From Rubripirellula sp. (GTDB lineage: Bacteria; Planctomycetota; Planctomycetia; Pirellulales; Pirellulaceae): a DNA stretch of 64,000 nt. The notes beneath the pieces are model-generated. The model saw nothing but the letters and a program-made list of their open reading frames with translations. It ran no database searches and was not told where the DNA came from. The stretch spans positions 369-64,368 of the forward strand of contig JBGCGI010000078.1 in NCBI GenBank assembly GCA_045110715.1, given 5' to 3'. The translations under genes and the position numbers were made by a program. Shown one piece after another: positions 36,632 through 46,819 of the stretch (the first letter of the stretch is position 1; each line of letters begins with the position of its first letter).

Positions 36632-37333
36632 GTGAATTCGCAGGAGCGCAGAATCGTTGACTTGAGTCTCGTCGTCGACGCAGATCTTCCCAACGCTAAG
36701 GTCGAACCATATAAGTCGATTGAGACCCATGGCTGGAATGCAACGATGTTGCATTTGTACTCGCACTGCGGCACGCACATGGATGCGCCCCGTCATTTCT
36801 TGCCGAACGGGCAAACGCTGGACGAGCTGAACTTGCAGGCTTGTTGCGGAGTGGCACGGATCGTCAACCTTGCACCGGTGACTCCACGGGAATTGATCAC
36901 CGTCGAACGATTCCAAGCGGCGCTCGACCGGCCTCTCGTCAGCGGTGAACGAATTTTGTTGCGTACCGATTGGTATCACCGTTTTCCAAGCCCCGAGTAT
37001 CGCGATGAACTTCCACGAATTTCCCTCGAACTCGCTCATTGGTTTGTGCAGCAACAGGTGCGATTGATCGGTGTTGAACCGCCGTCCGTCGCAGATGTGA
37101 ATCAGAAAGTCGAGCTAACAGACGTGCACCAGGCACTGTTTCGGGGTGGGATTGTGATCGTAGAAGGAATCGCAAATCTGGATAAAATCGATTCCAATGA
37201 ATGCGAGTTCGTTGCGTTGCCGCTTCGGATTGCAGGCGGAGATGGATGCCCGGTGCGCGCGATCGCAATTCTCCCCGGTGACGAGTCGTCGCCATCCAGT
37301 GCGTTTGGTTTTGATCGTGGAGCTTCAGCATGA
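36632..37333 (+). CDS. Cyclase family (kynurenine formamidase-like) metal-dependent hydrolase
   Basis: HCGTHMDAPRHF signature, ILLRTDW, IVEGIANL, GGDGCPVRAIA. Confidence 0.92.
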   Translation: MNSQERRIVDLSLVVDADLPNAKVEPYKSIETHGWNATMLHLYSHCGTHMDAPRHFLPNGQTLDELNLQACCGVARIVNLAPVTPRELITVERFQAALDRPLVSGERILLRTDWYHRFPSPEYRDELPRISLELAHWFVQQQVRLIGVEPPSVADVNQKVELTDVHQALFRGGIVIVEGIANLDKIDSNECEFVALPLRIAGGDGCPVRAIAILPGDESSPSSAFGFDRGASA

Positions 37334-38607
37334 GTCAGGCGACCCGTGGACCTCTGATTGGATGCATTGCCGACGACTTCACCGGTGCGACGGATCTGGC
37401 TGGTTTACTGCAACGCAGTGGAATGCGGGTGGTGCAATGCTTTGGTACTCCTGATGATGATCAAACGGTAGTAGGATTCGATGCCGTCGTGATTGCGCTG
37501 AAGTCCCGTTCGATCGCTTCGGGGGAGGCGAGTCGCATGTCCTGTGAGGTGGCGAAATGGCTCAGGTCGATCGGCTCGCAGCGTTTGTTCTTCAAGTACT
37601 GCAGCACCTTTGATTCCACCGCCGAAGGCAACATTGGCCCTGTTGCAGAATCACTGCTGGACTTGTTGCAAATTCGGCAAGCAACGTTTTGTCCCGCGTT
37701 TCCAGAGAACGGCAGAAGCGTCTACCAAGGGCATTTGTTCGTCGGTGATCGTTTGCTGCACGAGAGCAGCCTGCGTGACCATCCACTGAATCCCATGACC
37801 GACGCGAACTTGGTGCGCTGGCTGGCTGCACAGTCGCAGCGAGAAGTTGGGCTGTTGAGTGTGGAACAGTTATCCGATCCAGGATCCATTCAACAGACTC
37901 TTGATCAGTTGCCACCGTTAGTGATCATCGATGCGATTGATGATTCTCATCTTCGTCGAATCGCCGAATGCGTCGTGGACCATCCACTTGTGACCGGCGG
38001 GTCTGCCATTGCGGGACATCTGGCGAGTGTGTTGGCGAGACGCGGAAACTTTGATCCGAGTCAGGCGGCGCGCAGCGATCCTTTCGTGGAAGGTCTGTCC
38101 GCGGTCGTCGCGGGCAGCTGTTCGTCTGCGACTCAAGAGCAGGTCCGCGTCTATTCGGAAACACATCCGGTATTGCAGTTGGACATTCTTAACGGAGCCG
38201 AAGACCAGCAGGCGTTACTGGAGCATGCGAAACGATGGGTGGATGCCCATCTTCATGAGCGTCCTCTGATTGCGTCGACAACCGACCCCCAGTCGCTGCA
38301 ACAGATTCAGTCTCAAGTCGGCATTCAGAGGGCAGCTGAGCTAACGGAAACTATTCTGAGTGAACTGGCTGCGTATCTCGTTGAGAAAGGCGTGCGCCGA
38401 CTGGTTGTGGCTGGTGGCGAAACCTCGGGCGCCGTGACGCAAAAGTTGGGCGTGCAAGCCATTCGGATCGGGCCCGAAATCGCTCCTGGCGTGCCGTGGA
38501 CCGAGTCGATTGGCACGACACGGATTGCTTTGGCGCTTAAATCGGGCAACTTTGGCTCGGCAGATTTCTTCGCCGAAGCTTTTGCAAAGCTTCCTTCGGC
38601 GTGCTGA
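37330..38607 (+). CDS. otnK: 3-oxo-tetronate kinase / four-carbon acid sugar kinase family
   Basis: GCIADDFTGATD, FFKYCSTFDST, CPAFPENGRSVYQGHLFVG, VAGGETSG, LALKSGNFG. ATGA overlap with the cyclase gene. Confidence 0.88.
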   Translation: MSQATRGPLIGCIADDFTGATDLAGLLQRSGMRVVQCFGTPDDDQTVVGFDAVVIALKSRSIASGEASRMSCEVAKWLRSIGSQRLFFKYCSTFDSTAEGNIGPVAESLLDLLQIRQATFCPAFPENGRSVYQGHLFVGDRLLHESSLRDHPLNPMTDANLVRWLAAQSQREVGLLSVEQLSDPGSIQQTLDQLPPLVIIDAIDDSHLRRIAECVVDHPLVTGGSAIAGHLASVLARRGNFDPSQAARSDPFVEGLSAVVAGSCSSATQEQVRVYSETHPVLQLDILNGAEDQQALLEHAKRWVDAHLHERPLIASTTDPQSLQQIQSQVGIQRAAELTETILSELAAYLVEKGVRRLVVAGGETSGAVTQKLGVQAIRIGPEIAPGVPWTESIGTTRIALALKSGNFGSADFFAEAFAKLPSAC

Positions 38608-38714
38608 GTTCCCGCGACCGCAGTTCCGATGCGTTCCGGTTATAATTCTGTCTCTTGGTTGAGTTCGGCCCCGGCCTGCTCGACAATTCGATCCACTTCC
38701 GAGCATCCATCACC

Positions 38715-40262
38715 ATGCCTAGCTGCCGCCTGTTCTTCCTTCGCTATTTGTCTGTTGCACTTTGCTTTGTTGCTTTTGGCTCCTGTGCCGAGGCGGACGC
38801 AAAGCAACCCAACGTCATCGTGATCATGGCCGACGATATGGGCTATGGCGATGTCTCGTGTTATGGAGCGACTGCTCTTCAGACGCCGAATATCGATCGA
38901 TTGGCTTCGGAGGGAATCAAATTCACCAGCGGCTACTGCAGCGCCTCAACTTGCACGCCCACACGATATTCTTTTCTCACTGGAACCTATGCGTTTCGAC
39001 GTCCGGGAACTGGAATTGCTCCCCCCAACAGCCCCGCTTTGATTCCTGGTGGCACGGACACAATCGCGTCGGTCTTGAAGTCGGTTGGCTACAAGACTGC
39101 CGTGATTGGCAAGTGGCATCTTGGTTTAGGATCGGACATGCCGGACTGGAACGGGGACTTGAAGCCTGGCCCCTTGGAAATCGGATTCGATCACTGTTTT
39201 CTACTGCCCACGACAAACGATCGTGTTCCGCAAGTCTACGTGCAAGATCATCGCGTTCTGAATCTGGATCCAGCCGATCCACTCTGGGTTGGAAAGAAGA
39301 AGCCGAGCGAAGACCACCCAACCGGGATCACGCATCGTGACTCTCTGAAGATGGATTGGTCACACGGTCACAACTCGACCATCCACAATGGGATCAGCCG
39401 AATCGGTTTCTACACCGGTGGGCACGCAGCTAGATTCCGCGACGAGGATCTTTCGGACAAGTGGGTCGAGCAGTCAGAGCAATGGATCGAAGCCAACCAA
39501 GAGGAACCCTTCTTCTTGTTCTTTGCATCCCACGATCTGCACGTTCCACGTGTTGTTCATGAACGCTTCCAAGGCAAAACTGCACTGGGACCGCGTGGCG
39601 ATGCGATCTTCGAACTGGACTGGTGTGTTGGTCAGTTGATGGAGATGCTGGATCGCCTGAAGTTGGCTGAGAACACCTTGGTGGTCTTTTGCAGCGACAA
39701 CGGCCCGGTGCTGGACGACGGCTATCAGGATGATGCGATCGAGAAGATCGGCAATCACAAGCCCGCGGGTCCCTTTCGAGGCGGTAAATACAACATCTAC
39801 GAGGGTGGCACTCGGACGCCGTTCATTGCTCGTTGGAAGGGACGAATCGAACCAGGTGAATCGGACGAAATGGTTTGCACGATCGACTTGGCCGCCAGCT
39901 GCGCCGCACTGGCCGGGGCCACATTACCTGAGAACGGTTGTTTGGACAGTTTCGATGTTTCGCAGGCTCTGCTGGGTGCCAACGGTGCCAAGGGGCGTGA
40001 GTACTTGATTCAGCAAGACAATGGCCAGGGCGGCAACTACGGCCTTCGCGCTGGCAATTGGAAGCTGCTTCGATCCGATTCAAAGAAAACCAGAAACACG
40101 GAACTGCGATTGAAAGGACGACCGCTGGCTCCATTCGTGCTTTACAACCTGGAGAACGATCCCGGTGAGCGAACCAATGTGATCCAAGAGAATCCCGAAG
40201 TCGCGGCGCGTCTGAAGCTACAGTTGGCACAAGTGATCAAGGCGGGACGCAGCCGGCCTTAG
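38715..40262 (+). CDS. Arylsulfatase-like sulfatase (Cys-type)
   Basis: PNVIVIMADDMGYGD, CTPTRYS, GKWHLG, SDNG, YEGGTRTP. Confidence 0.94.
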   Translation: MPSCRLFFLRYLSVALCFVAFGSCAEADAKQPNVIVIMADDMGYGDVSCYGATALQTPNIDRLASEGIKFTSGYCSASTCTPTRYSFLTGTYAFRRPGTGIAPPNSPALIPGGTDTIASVLKSVGYKTAVIGKWHLGLGSDMPDWNGDLKPGPLEIGFDHCFLLPTTNDRVPQVYVQDHRVLNLDPADPLWVGKKKPSEDHPTGITHRDSLKMDWSHGHNSTIHNGISRIGFYTGGHAARFRDEDLSDKWVEQSEQWIEANQEEPFFLFFASHDLHVPRVVHERFQGKTALGPRGDAIFELDWCVGQLMEMLDRLKLAENTLVVFCSDNGPVLDDGYQDDAIEKIGNHKPAGPFRGGKYNIYEGGTRTPFIARWKGRIEPGESDEMVCTIDLAASCAALAGATLPENGCLDSFDVSQALLGANGAKGREYLIQQDNGQGGNYGLRAGNWKLLRSDSKKTRNTELRLKGRPLAPFVLYNLENDPGERTNVIQENPEVAARLKLQLAQVIKAGRSRP

Positions 40263-40310
40263 ACGCTGAGCGACGGGTGAATTTGAACACGCCGGCCGGC
40301 TTAGGCGTCG

Positions 40311-41495
40311 CTATTGCAGGTCGGTCACCATCACTTCGGTTCGGTATCGCTTGCCTTCGCGATAGATGATCAACGGAATTGAGCTGCCGATTGGTGTCAA
40401 ACCAACTTGAGCGACCAAGTGATCATCGTTTTCGACGTTGTGGCCGTCGAACTCAACGATGATGTCGCCGCGTTGGAGATGCGCCATCTGGGCCGGTGAA
40501 CCGTTGCGAACGCTTTTTACTCTGGCGCCGCTTTGAAGTCCGTACCCCGCGGCGACGAGGTCGGCGACCGAGAAATCGGGATCCAATTGAACGCCTAGGT
40601 AGCCACGGCGGAGTCGACCGTGAGTGACCAACTCGTCGGCGACTTTCATGGCCATGTTGATGGGGATTGCGAAGCCGATGCCTTCACTTCCCCCGCTGCT
40701 GCTGGCGATGGCAGTGTTCATCGCGATCACTTCGCCTCGCAGATTCAAGAGTGGTCCGCCGCTGTTGCCAGGGTTGATGGCTGCATCGGTCTGAAAGAAG
40801 TCCTGCAGGTCGATCTTCTGTTGACCGAGCGAAAGATCTCGCCGACCCTTTGCGCTCAAGATACCAAAGGTCACCGAGTGGCTCAGACCGAATGGACTTC
40901 CAACCGCAATCACGAAGTCACCGATGTCGACCAATTGGCTGTCACCAAGACGGGCCGCAGGTAGATCCACGTTGTTGAGCTTCATGACGGCAACGTCCGT
41001 GCTGTCATCGGCAATGACTTTACTGGGATAGAACTCTCGGCCATCGCTCGAACGCAAAAGGATTTCGCGCGGACTGGCACCCAGGATCACGTGTCGATTG
41101 GTCAGTACCCACAGTTGGCCGTCGCTCATTTGCAGAACGACGCCACTTCCCGCTTCATCATAGGACTCGCGAGACCCTGCCTTCTCTTCGGTTTTGTGCG
41201 CTTCAATGTGAATGACACTTGGCTTGGCAAGGTGAGAGACACGGCGCACCAAGTTCCCCAGCCGATCGAAGGCGGCAAACTCCTCGGCCAACTCGTTGTA
41301 CAACCGTTCGCGCTGCACATCGAGCGATGCGTTTGACGTTTGCTTGGGGACATCAAGACTCGGTCGCCGCACGCTGACGGAGCGATTGTCGTCGAAGTCT
41401 TGAGCCAAAGCCAATTGACAGCTAGCGACTGTAACAGCGCATAAAAGCAAGAGCCGCCGCTTTGCGGCGAAGCAACGATTGAACGTAGCGACCAT
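40311..41495 (-). CDS. HtrA/DegP-like trypsin serine protease with one PDZ domain
   Basis: LTNRHV, DVAVMK, QTDAAINPGNSGGPL catalytic triad motifs, then a PDZ domain (GYLGV...GDIIVEFDG). Confidence 0.93.
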   Translation of the reverse strand: MVATFNRCFAAKRRLLLLCAVTVASCQLALAQDFDDNRSVSVRRPSLDVPKQTSNASLDVQRERLYNELAEEFAAFDRLGNLVRRVSHLAKPSVIHIEAHKTEEKAGSRESYDEAGSGVVLQMSDGQLWVLTNRHVILGASPREILLRSSDGREFYPSKVIADDSTDVAVMKLNNVDLPAARLGDSQLVDIGDFVIAVGSPFGLSHSVTFGILSAKGRRDLSLGQQKIDLQDFFQTDAAINPGNSGGPLLNLRGEVIAMNTAIASSSGGSEGIGFAIPINMAMKVADELVTHGRLRRGYLGVQLDPDFSVADLVAAGYGLQSGARVKSVRNGSPAQMAHLQRGDIIVEFDGHNVENDDHLVAQVGLTPIGSSIPLIIYREGKRYRTEVMVTDLQ

Positions 41496-41785
41496 GGAGT
41501 GATGCTGAGTGGGAGGTGAACGTTGTGAGAACAACGATCGGAGCTTGAAGAGAATCCAGAGGGGAGGGACTCAAAACAGTCAGCCGAAGTTGAGACCAAT
41601 GGGAGGTCGGTCCATCTTAGGCATCGACCATTCCAATAGGCCAGCTTTCCAATTCGTTGTTGTGGTGTCCTTGAGCGGGACGATTGGCAGAACCGATCTG
41701 ATCAGCGTTTTGAAAACCACTGGCGCATTAAAAAACGACCGGACAATTGGCCGGTCGTTGTGCGCAGTGAATTGTGAACGTCGAG

Positions 41786-42193
41786 TTAGACTTTGTCCGT
41801 CTCGACATTCTCGAAGACACGGTTCCACATCACGCCACCCGACGTTTTGCTTTCCGCTCTGCGACGACAGTCAATGCAGTCAGCTGCATAGGGAACCGCT
41901 CGCAGACGAGTCAGCGGGATCGACTTGCCGCAACTTTCGCAGTTCCCATAAGCATCATGATTGATACGTTCGATCGCTTCGTTGATGGCGCCAAGTTCGC
42001 GACTCTCAGCTTCAATCAACTGGCTATTCAACTCATCCTGAACCGAGTCAGCGGCAGCATCGAGGATGTCACCGGTTCGTTCCTGATGAAGTTCACGTAG
42101 CAGGCTCAGGTCTCCGTCGAGGGCACGCTGAAGCGCATCCCGCCGTCGAACCAATTGCTCGCGTAGTTTCTTTATTGCATCTTTTCGAGACAT
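41786..42193 (-). CDS. TraR/DksA family C4 zinc-finger transcriptional regulator
   Basis: Coiled coil with GDILDAA, then YGNCESCGKSIPLTRLRAVPYAADCIDC. Confidence 0.93.
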   Translation of the reverse strand: MSRKDAIKKLREQLVRRRDALQRALDGDLSLLRELHQERTGDILDAAADSVQDELNSQLIEAESRELGAINEAIERINHDAYGNCESCGKSIPLTRLRAVPYAADCIDCRRRAESKTSGGVMWNRVFENVETDKV

Positions 42194-42873
42194 CGCATCA
42201 CCTCATAGGGAAAAGAAGGTCGCCGCGATCAGGCACTATTGGTAAGGACGAATACTGCTCCTCCAAAGCAACTCCCCACCGCTGCTGTCCTTCGGTGGAA
42301 ATTCCGGAAAACCGGGAATCCCTCCGAACAAGTGTCAGAAACGTGGAGACGAGCTGCGTTTCCATTGATACGCAGCACACCGAAAATTGGTTGTCTCTTC
42401 GATGTGACTCGACGAACACATGATAGGAACGAGCCAAGCAAAAACGCTGTTCATAGGTTTCCCTGCAGGCGAATTTCATGGTCCAGGGTGCATAAAGTAC
42501 GGGTTACGAAGGCTTTAGGGTGCCTATTGCGGAGAAATTTGTCCCCTAGTCGAACAGGACAGTTCGTCTGACCCCAATCGCGACACCCCCCGAACTGGAT
42601 CGCCGGCACCTCTTTCGAGGGGGTGGTGGGGTGGCCAGGCTCGCGTCACGGGGATTCATCCTGCAGTTTTCGACGAAGGCTGCTAAAAGCGTTGCATCCC
42701 ATCCAGATTCTCTCACAGGAGAGGATGGGACGTCCGAAAAGTACAGAAAGGATAGGAGTGCGCGCATCCATGAGGGAATGGTGCGCTCCCCCCAAAAAAC
42801 TGCCGAACAGAAACGCAAATGAAGACCTCTCCAGAGCGGTTTTCCAAGTTTTCATCACAGAAGGGACACGACG

Positions 42874-45800
42874 GTGAGTACTGATCACACGAGCGGATCC
42901 GAATCATCCTTCGATCACCCAACCGATTTCGTTGTTCCGAGTTTCACGGACGACCGGACATCGCATGCAGACCCGTCGCCAACGTTGAACGATTCGATGG
43001 AATCTGAGTCGGACACTTCATCCGATACGGGACTCCCACCGCAAGCAGTGGGCTCCGAGGCTCATGCCGGTAGATCTGTCGTTGAGTCTCCTGCCGAAGT
43101 GGACTCGATTGAGTTCCGCGTGTTGCGAGCAGGTGCGCCGGTTCGGCGCCTTCGTTTGACAGGAAATCGCTACACCTTCGGTAGCGCAGAAGGATGCTCG
43201 ATTCGGTTGACCGATCACGCGTTGCGGCCGATGCATGCGGTCCTGATCCGAGATCAGTCGCGCATTCTGGTACGAGCGTACTCCGTTCCCATCGACGTCA
43301 ATGGAACTCGGAAGACCGAAGCCATTCTAGAGGTTGGAGACATCCTGCGGCTGGGTGCGTATCAATTCGAATTGCTCGCAGCAATTGCCGACAATCCGAT
43401 GGACAGCGATCCTGCACTTCGGGACGTGACTCCAACGTCGGTGGATCGGCCGTCCCCGTATGACTCCCTGAATCACGTGATGGATTCGTCACCGGTTAAG
43501 CCGGTCCCTTCGATGAACACGGAACTTCCTGCTCCGGAAGACGTGATCTGGCGAGATCGCCTGCGACGAGAAATTGACCAATGGCGCGATCGTCAAGAAG
43601 AGTGTGATCGGCGCGAGAGCCGAATTACCGACCGTGAGTCGGACCTACGAAGTCGTGAATCAGAACTCTGGTCACGAGCAGAGAATCTGCACCGACGCGA
43701 GACGCGCGTGCAGTCCCAAGAAACCTCCGCGTTTCAGCTTTACGAGGACTATGGACAACGTCAGCAAGAGCTGATGCAACTTCGGGAACAAGCACAGACT
43801 CGTCAGGCCGAGTTTCTCGAACGTGAATCTGAGTTCCGCAGTCAGGAGTTCGAGTATCGGCGCAAGCTTCAGGAAGCGACCGAGCAATTGGTGCAATCCC
43901 AGCACCAAGCTGAGTCCGCAACACAGGCGGTGCAGCACATGCGGGAGCAGTTCGAGTCCCTGAATGATCAGATCGAACAGCTTTCTGGGCAGCAGCAAGA
44001 TATCGAGTCGCGGGAAAAGCGGCAGCGTGAAGAGCATGAGGACCTGCGGCGAAATCTGGAGATTGCCCGCGATCAGGCAATCGATGCGCAGGCAGAGACC
44101 GAGGCGCGACGCACCGAGGCAGAGGCTCGCTTGGCGGAGATGACGGCCCAAGTCGAACGATTGAGAGCCGGTCAGGGTGAAGACCTGCAAGACCAACAAG
44201 CAAAGTTGGAAGCGAGTGAACAGCTCGCTGAGCAACTTCGCCAACAGGTTGATGAATTGCAGAAGTCGGTTGTGCAAGCCAGCGACGAGGCATCGCAGCT
44301 TCGTACGGATTATGAAGAGGCTTGCTTATCGGTTCGACAATTGGAGTCGCTGGTTGAGCAAAGCCGGGACCGTGGTGATAGCGATCGCGAAAGTTGGGCT
44401 ACTGAAGCGGATGAACTTCGCACTGCGGTGGATCAACTATCGATCGACCTTGCCCGTGCCAACGGCGAACTGAGTGAACTCCGCGAAACGAATGAGGCAA
44501 TCACTGCCCGTTTGGATGAAGTTCAGCAGGAACGTGATGATGCAATTGCCGAAGTCGACGCAAGACCATCCAACACCGAGTTCCAAAGCTTGCGTGAAGA
44601 GCTGGAGGCTGCCAATGGTCAGCTCGAGCAGATGAAGCAAGAGTATGACGACACGCTGGAGCGTCTGAAGGAAGCCGAGGCGAGCCGACAGGATGAGATT
44701 CCATCGGATTCTGACTCGGCGGCTCTGTTGGCCGGGGTTGCCGGAATGGGAGCGATCGCGGCTTCCGCTTTGGATAGCGATCAAAACGCGGTTGTCGACC
44801 AGCCGGCTGCGGACTCATCGCCAGCGGACGACAACGATGACGGTGCTTGGCCAACTTACCAAATGCCCGAAACGGCTTTCGAGAAGTCTGGCTCTGACGC
44901 TGAGGTGCCAAATGAACGAATTGATCCCGGGCCGGAATCGATTGAGTTGGACGACATCCAGCAGGCCGACTGGCCTGCGGCTGATCCTGATCCTGAGCCT
45001 GATTTGGATTTGGAAAGGGATGATGTGTCTAGCGAGTTGGAAGCTGATTCCGCCGGTGAGTTGCAAGTCGATTCGTACGATCTTGGACGCAGCGATGATG
45101 CGCCCGAATCGAGCGTGAGCGAAGACGTGCAGCAATCGGTGTGGCAAGACTCGGAAGCTCCGACCGCGGATCCGGTTCTAGAGGAGTCCTCCGAAGCAGA
45201 GGTCTGGGGGGCGACAGAGTCGCACGAGCAGACTGCGGCTTGGAACGAGATGCCTGCCGACGAAGTCGTCGCAAGCGATCCAGGTGTCGTTGAGCCCGAA
45301 GAGGAAGTTGAATCCACCAGCGCGTGGAGCGAGACGCCAAGCTGGCAAGATGAAGCTGTCCAAGAGTCGGCCTGGCCTGCTGAAGACTCGGTTGTCGACA
45401 ATGAGGAACAGGGTTCAACGATGGCGTGGGACTCCAACGAGTCCAGCGATTGGTCGCCCCGTGAATCCGAAGCACCTGTCGAAGAGGTGTCTGCTTGGGA
45501 GAACACGGACGACTCCGGCGTTGCTGAGAGCAGCAGTTGGTCGGAGGCCAATGATGAGTCGTACCCGGTGTCTGCGGAAGACGCAGGGGTTGATGATGAC
45601 GCCCCATCGACCGATGAGATCATCCAGGGATCATTGGCAAGCCAATTGATTCAGGACTTTGAGAGCGAGCCTGAACCAAGCGATGGCACGTTTTTGATGC
45701 CAGAGGGCGTCCATGCTTCTGACGAAGCTTCCTTGAATCAAGAATCGGGCGAAGGAGGTTGGGATCGCGAGTTTCCAGAGGAAGCAAAATCAAGCGATTG

Positions 45801-46587
45801 GAGCAACAGTGACGACGGCTACCGCGTCGAGAGCATTGAAGACGCAGGCGAGTTGGATCAGGTTGAACGATCCAATGAATCCGATGATTCGAGTTATCTC
45901 TCTGCAGACTCCAGCGATGAAGACGAAGTGGCTGTCGAAACGTCGGCTCCCGAGGCATCCGCTGAGTTAGAGGAAGACGACGACGATTCGATCGAAGCGT
46001 ACATGAATCGATTGTTGAATCGTGCTCGCCCTGGCGATAGTCCCACAGAAACGGCATCTGTGACTCAGTCTCACTTGAGCGCGTCGGTCGAACCTAGCAT
46101 CGAAGAAAATGTCAGCGAACTGGTAGAGCCACTCTATGAGCCACCGATGGATCCCGATGCACCATTGGTGCCGAGGTCTCAAGCGCCAGAGAAGAATAGC
46201 GATTTGTCCGCGATGCGAGAGTTGGCAAATCACTCTGCGCGAAGTGCGATTAGCCGCAGCGTGCGGATTCAGAACCGCAACATTCAAATCCAAGGCATGG
46301 TCAATCTGCTTTGTGCAGCTGGCGCCTTAGGTTGCGGTGTGGCATGCTTTTTCTTGCTGGGTGGATTCCTGCAGATCCTGGCGATTGCGATGACCGTTAT
46401 CATCGCCGCCGTTTGTGTGCGTGAGGCAATGGCTCAGTTCGCCGAAGCGAAGAGTCGGTTGACCGCCGCTGAGTCCGGTGAGCTTGAGCACGAGAACGAT
46501 GATGCCGCAGCGGCTGACCTTCAGAAAAAAGCGGAGAACGAGTTGCAGCCGGAAAGCGAAGTGCAGCCAAAAAGTGAAGGCGAGTAG
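42874..46587 (+). CDS. FHA-domain protein with long coiled coil, acidic disordered region and two C-terminal TM helices
   Basis: FHA-like TFGSAEGCSIRL...HAVL...VNG...GDILRLG, an E/Q/R-rich heptad region, an acidic Trp-spaced region and a hydrophobic hairpin near the C-terminus. Confidence 0.85.
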   Translation: MSTDHTSGSESSFDHPTDFVVPSFTDDRTSHADPSPTLNDSMESESDTSSDTGLPPQAVGSEAHAGRSVVESPAEVDSIEFRVLRAGAPVRRLRLTGNRYTFGSAEGCSIRLTDHALRPMHAVLIRDQSRILVRAYSVPIDVNGTRKTEAILEVGDILRLGAYQFELLAAIADNPMDSDPALRDVTPTSVDRPSPYDSLNHVMDSSPVKPVPSMNTELPAPEDVIWRDRLRREIDQWRDRQEECDRRESRITDRESDLRSRESELWSRAENLHRRETRVQSQETSAFQLYEDYGQRQQELMQLREQAQTRQAEFLERESEFRSQEFEYRRKLQEATEQLVQSQHQAESATQAVQHMREQFESLNDQIEQLSGQQQDIESREKRQREEHEDLRRNLEIARDQAIDAQAETEARRTEAEARLAEMTAQVERLRAGQGEDLQDQQAKLEASEQLAEQLRQQVDELQKSVVQASDEASQLRTDYEEACLSVRQLESLVEQSRDRGDSDRESWATEADELRTAVDQLSIDLARANGELSELRETNEAITARLDEVQQERDDAIAEVDARPSNTEFQSLREELEAANGQLEQMKQEYDDTLERLKEAEASRQDEIPSDSDSAALLAGVAGMGAIAASALDSDQNAVVDQPAADSSPADDNDDGAWPTYQMPETAFEKSGSDAEVPNERIDPGPESIELDDIQQADWPAADPDPEPDLDLERDDVSSELEADSAGELQVDSYDLGRSDDAPESSVSEDVQQSVWQDSEAPTADPVLEESSEAEVWGATESHEQTAAWNEMPADEVVASDPGVVEPEEEVESTSAWSETPSWQDEAVQESAWPAEDSVVDNEEQGSTMAWDSNESSDWSPRESEAPVEEVSAWENTDDSGVAESSSWSEANDESYPVSAEDAGVDDDAPSTDEIIQGSLASQLIQDFESEPEPSDGTFLMPEGVHASDEASLNQESGEGGWDREFPEEAKSSDWSNSDDGYRVESIEDAGELDQVERSNESDDSSYLSADSSDEDEVAVETSAPEASAELEEDDDDSIEAYMNRLLNRARPGDSPTETASVTQSHLSASVEPSIEENVSELVEPLYEPPMDPDAPLVPRSQAPEKNSDLSAMRELANHSARSAISRSVRIQNRNIQIQGMVNLLCAAGALGCGVACFFLLGGFLQILAIAMTVIIAAVCVREAMAQFAEAKSRLTAAESGELEHENDDAAAADLQKKAENELQPESEVQPKSEGE

Positions 46588-46600
46588 CTTTCGTGTTGGC

Positions 46601-46807
46601 CTAAAACAACGCGTAGATGAACGGTGCAACGGGGGACGGCAGCAGTAATGCGGCACCCACCAGCAAAGCCATGACGACCATGATTGGTGTCAGCCACCAC
46701 TTCTTGTTGTACTTCAAAAAGTCAACGAACTCGCGCAAGAGTCCTGGGTCCGTCGCTTGCTGCGAAAGGTCTTGGAACTCGGATTCTTGGTTCGGGTCAG
46801 TCGGCAT
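46601..46807 (-). CDS. DUF5989 (SxtK-like) small membrane protein
   Basis: LLREFVDFLKYNKKWWLTPI...PSPVAPFIYALF. Confidence 0.9.
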   Translation of the reverse strand: MPTDPNQESEFQDLSQQATDPGLLREFVDFLKYNKKWWLTPIMVVMALLVGAALLLPSPVAPFIYALF

Positions 46808-46819
46808 GCTAAATCTGAA

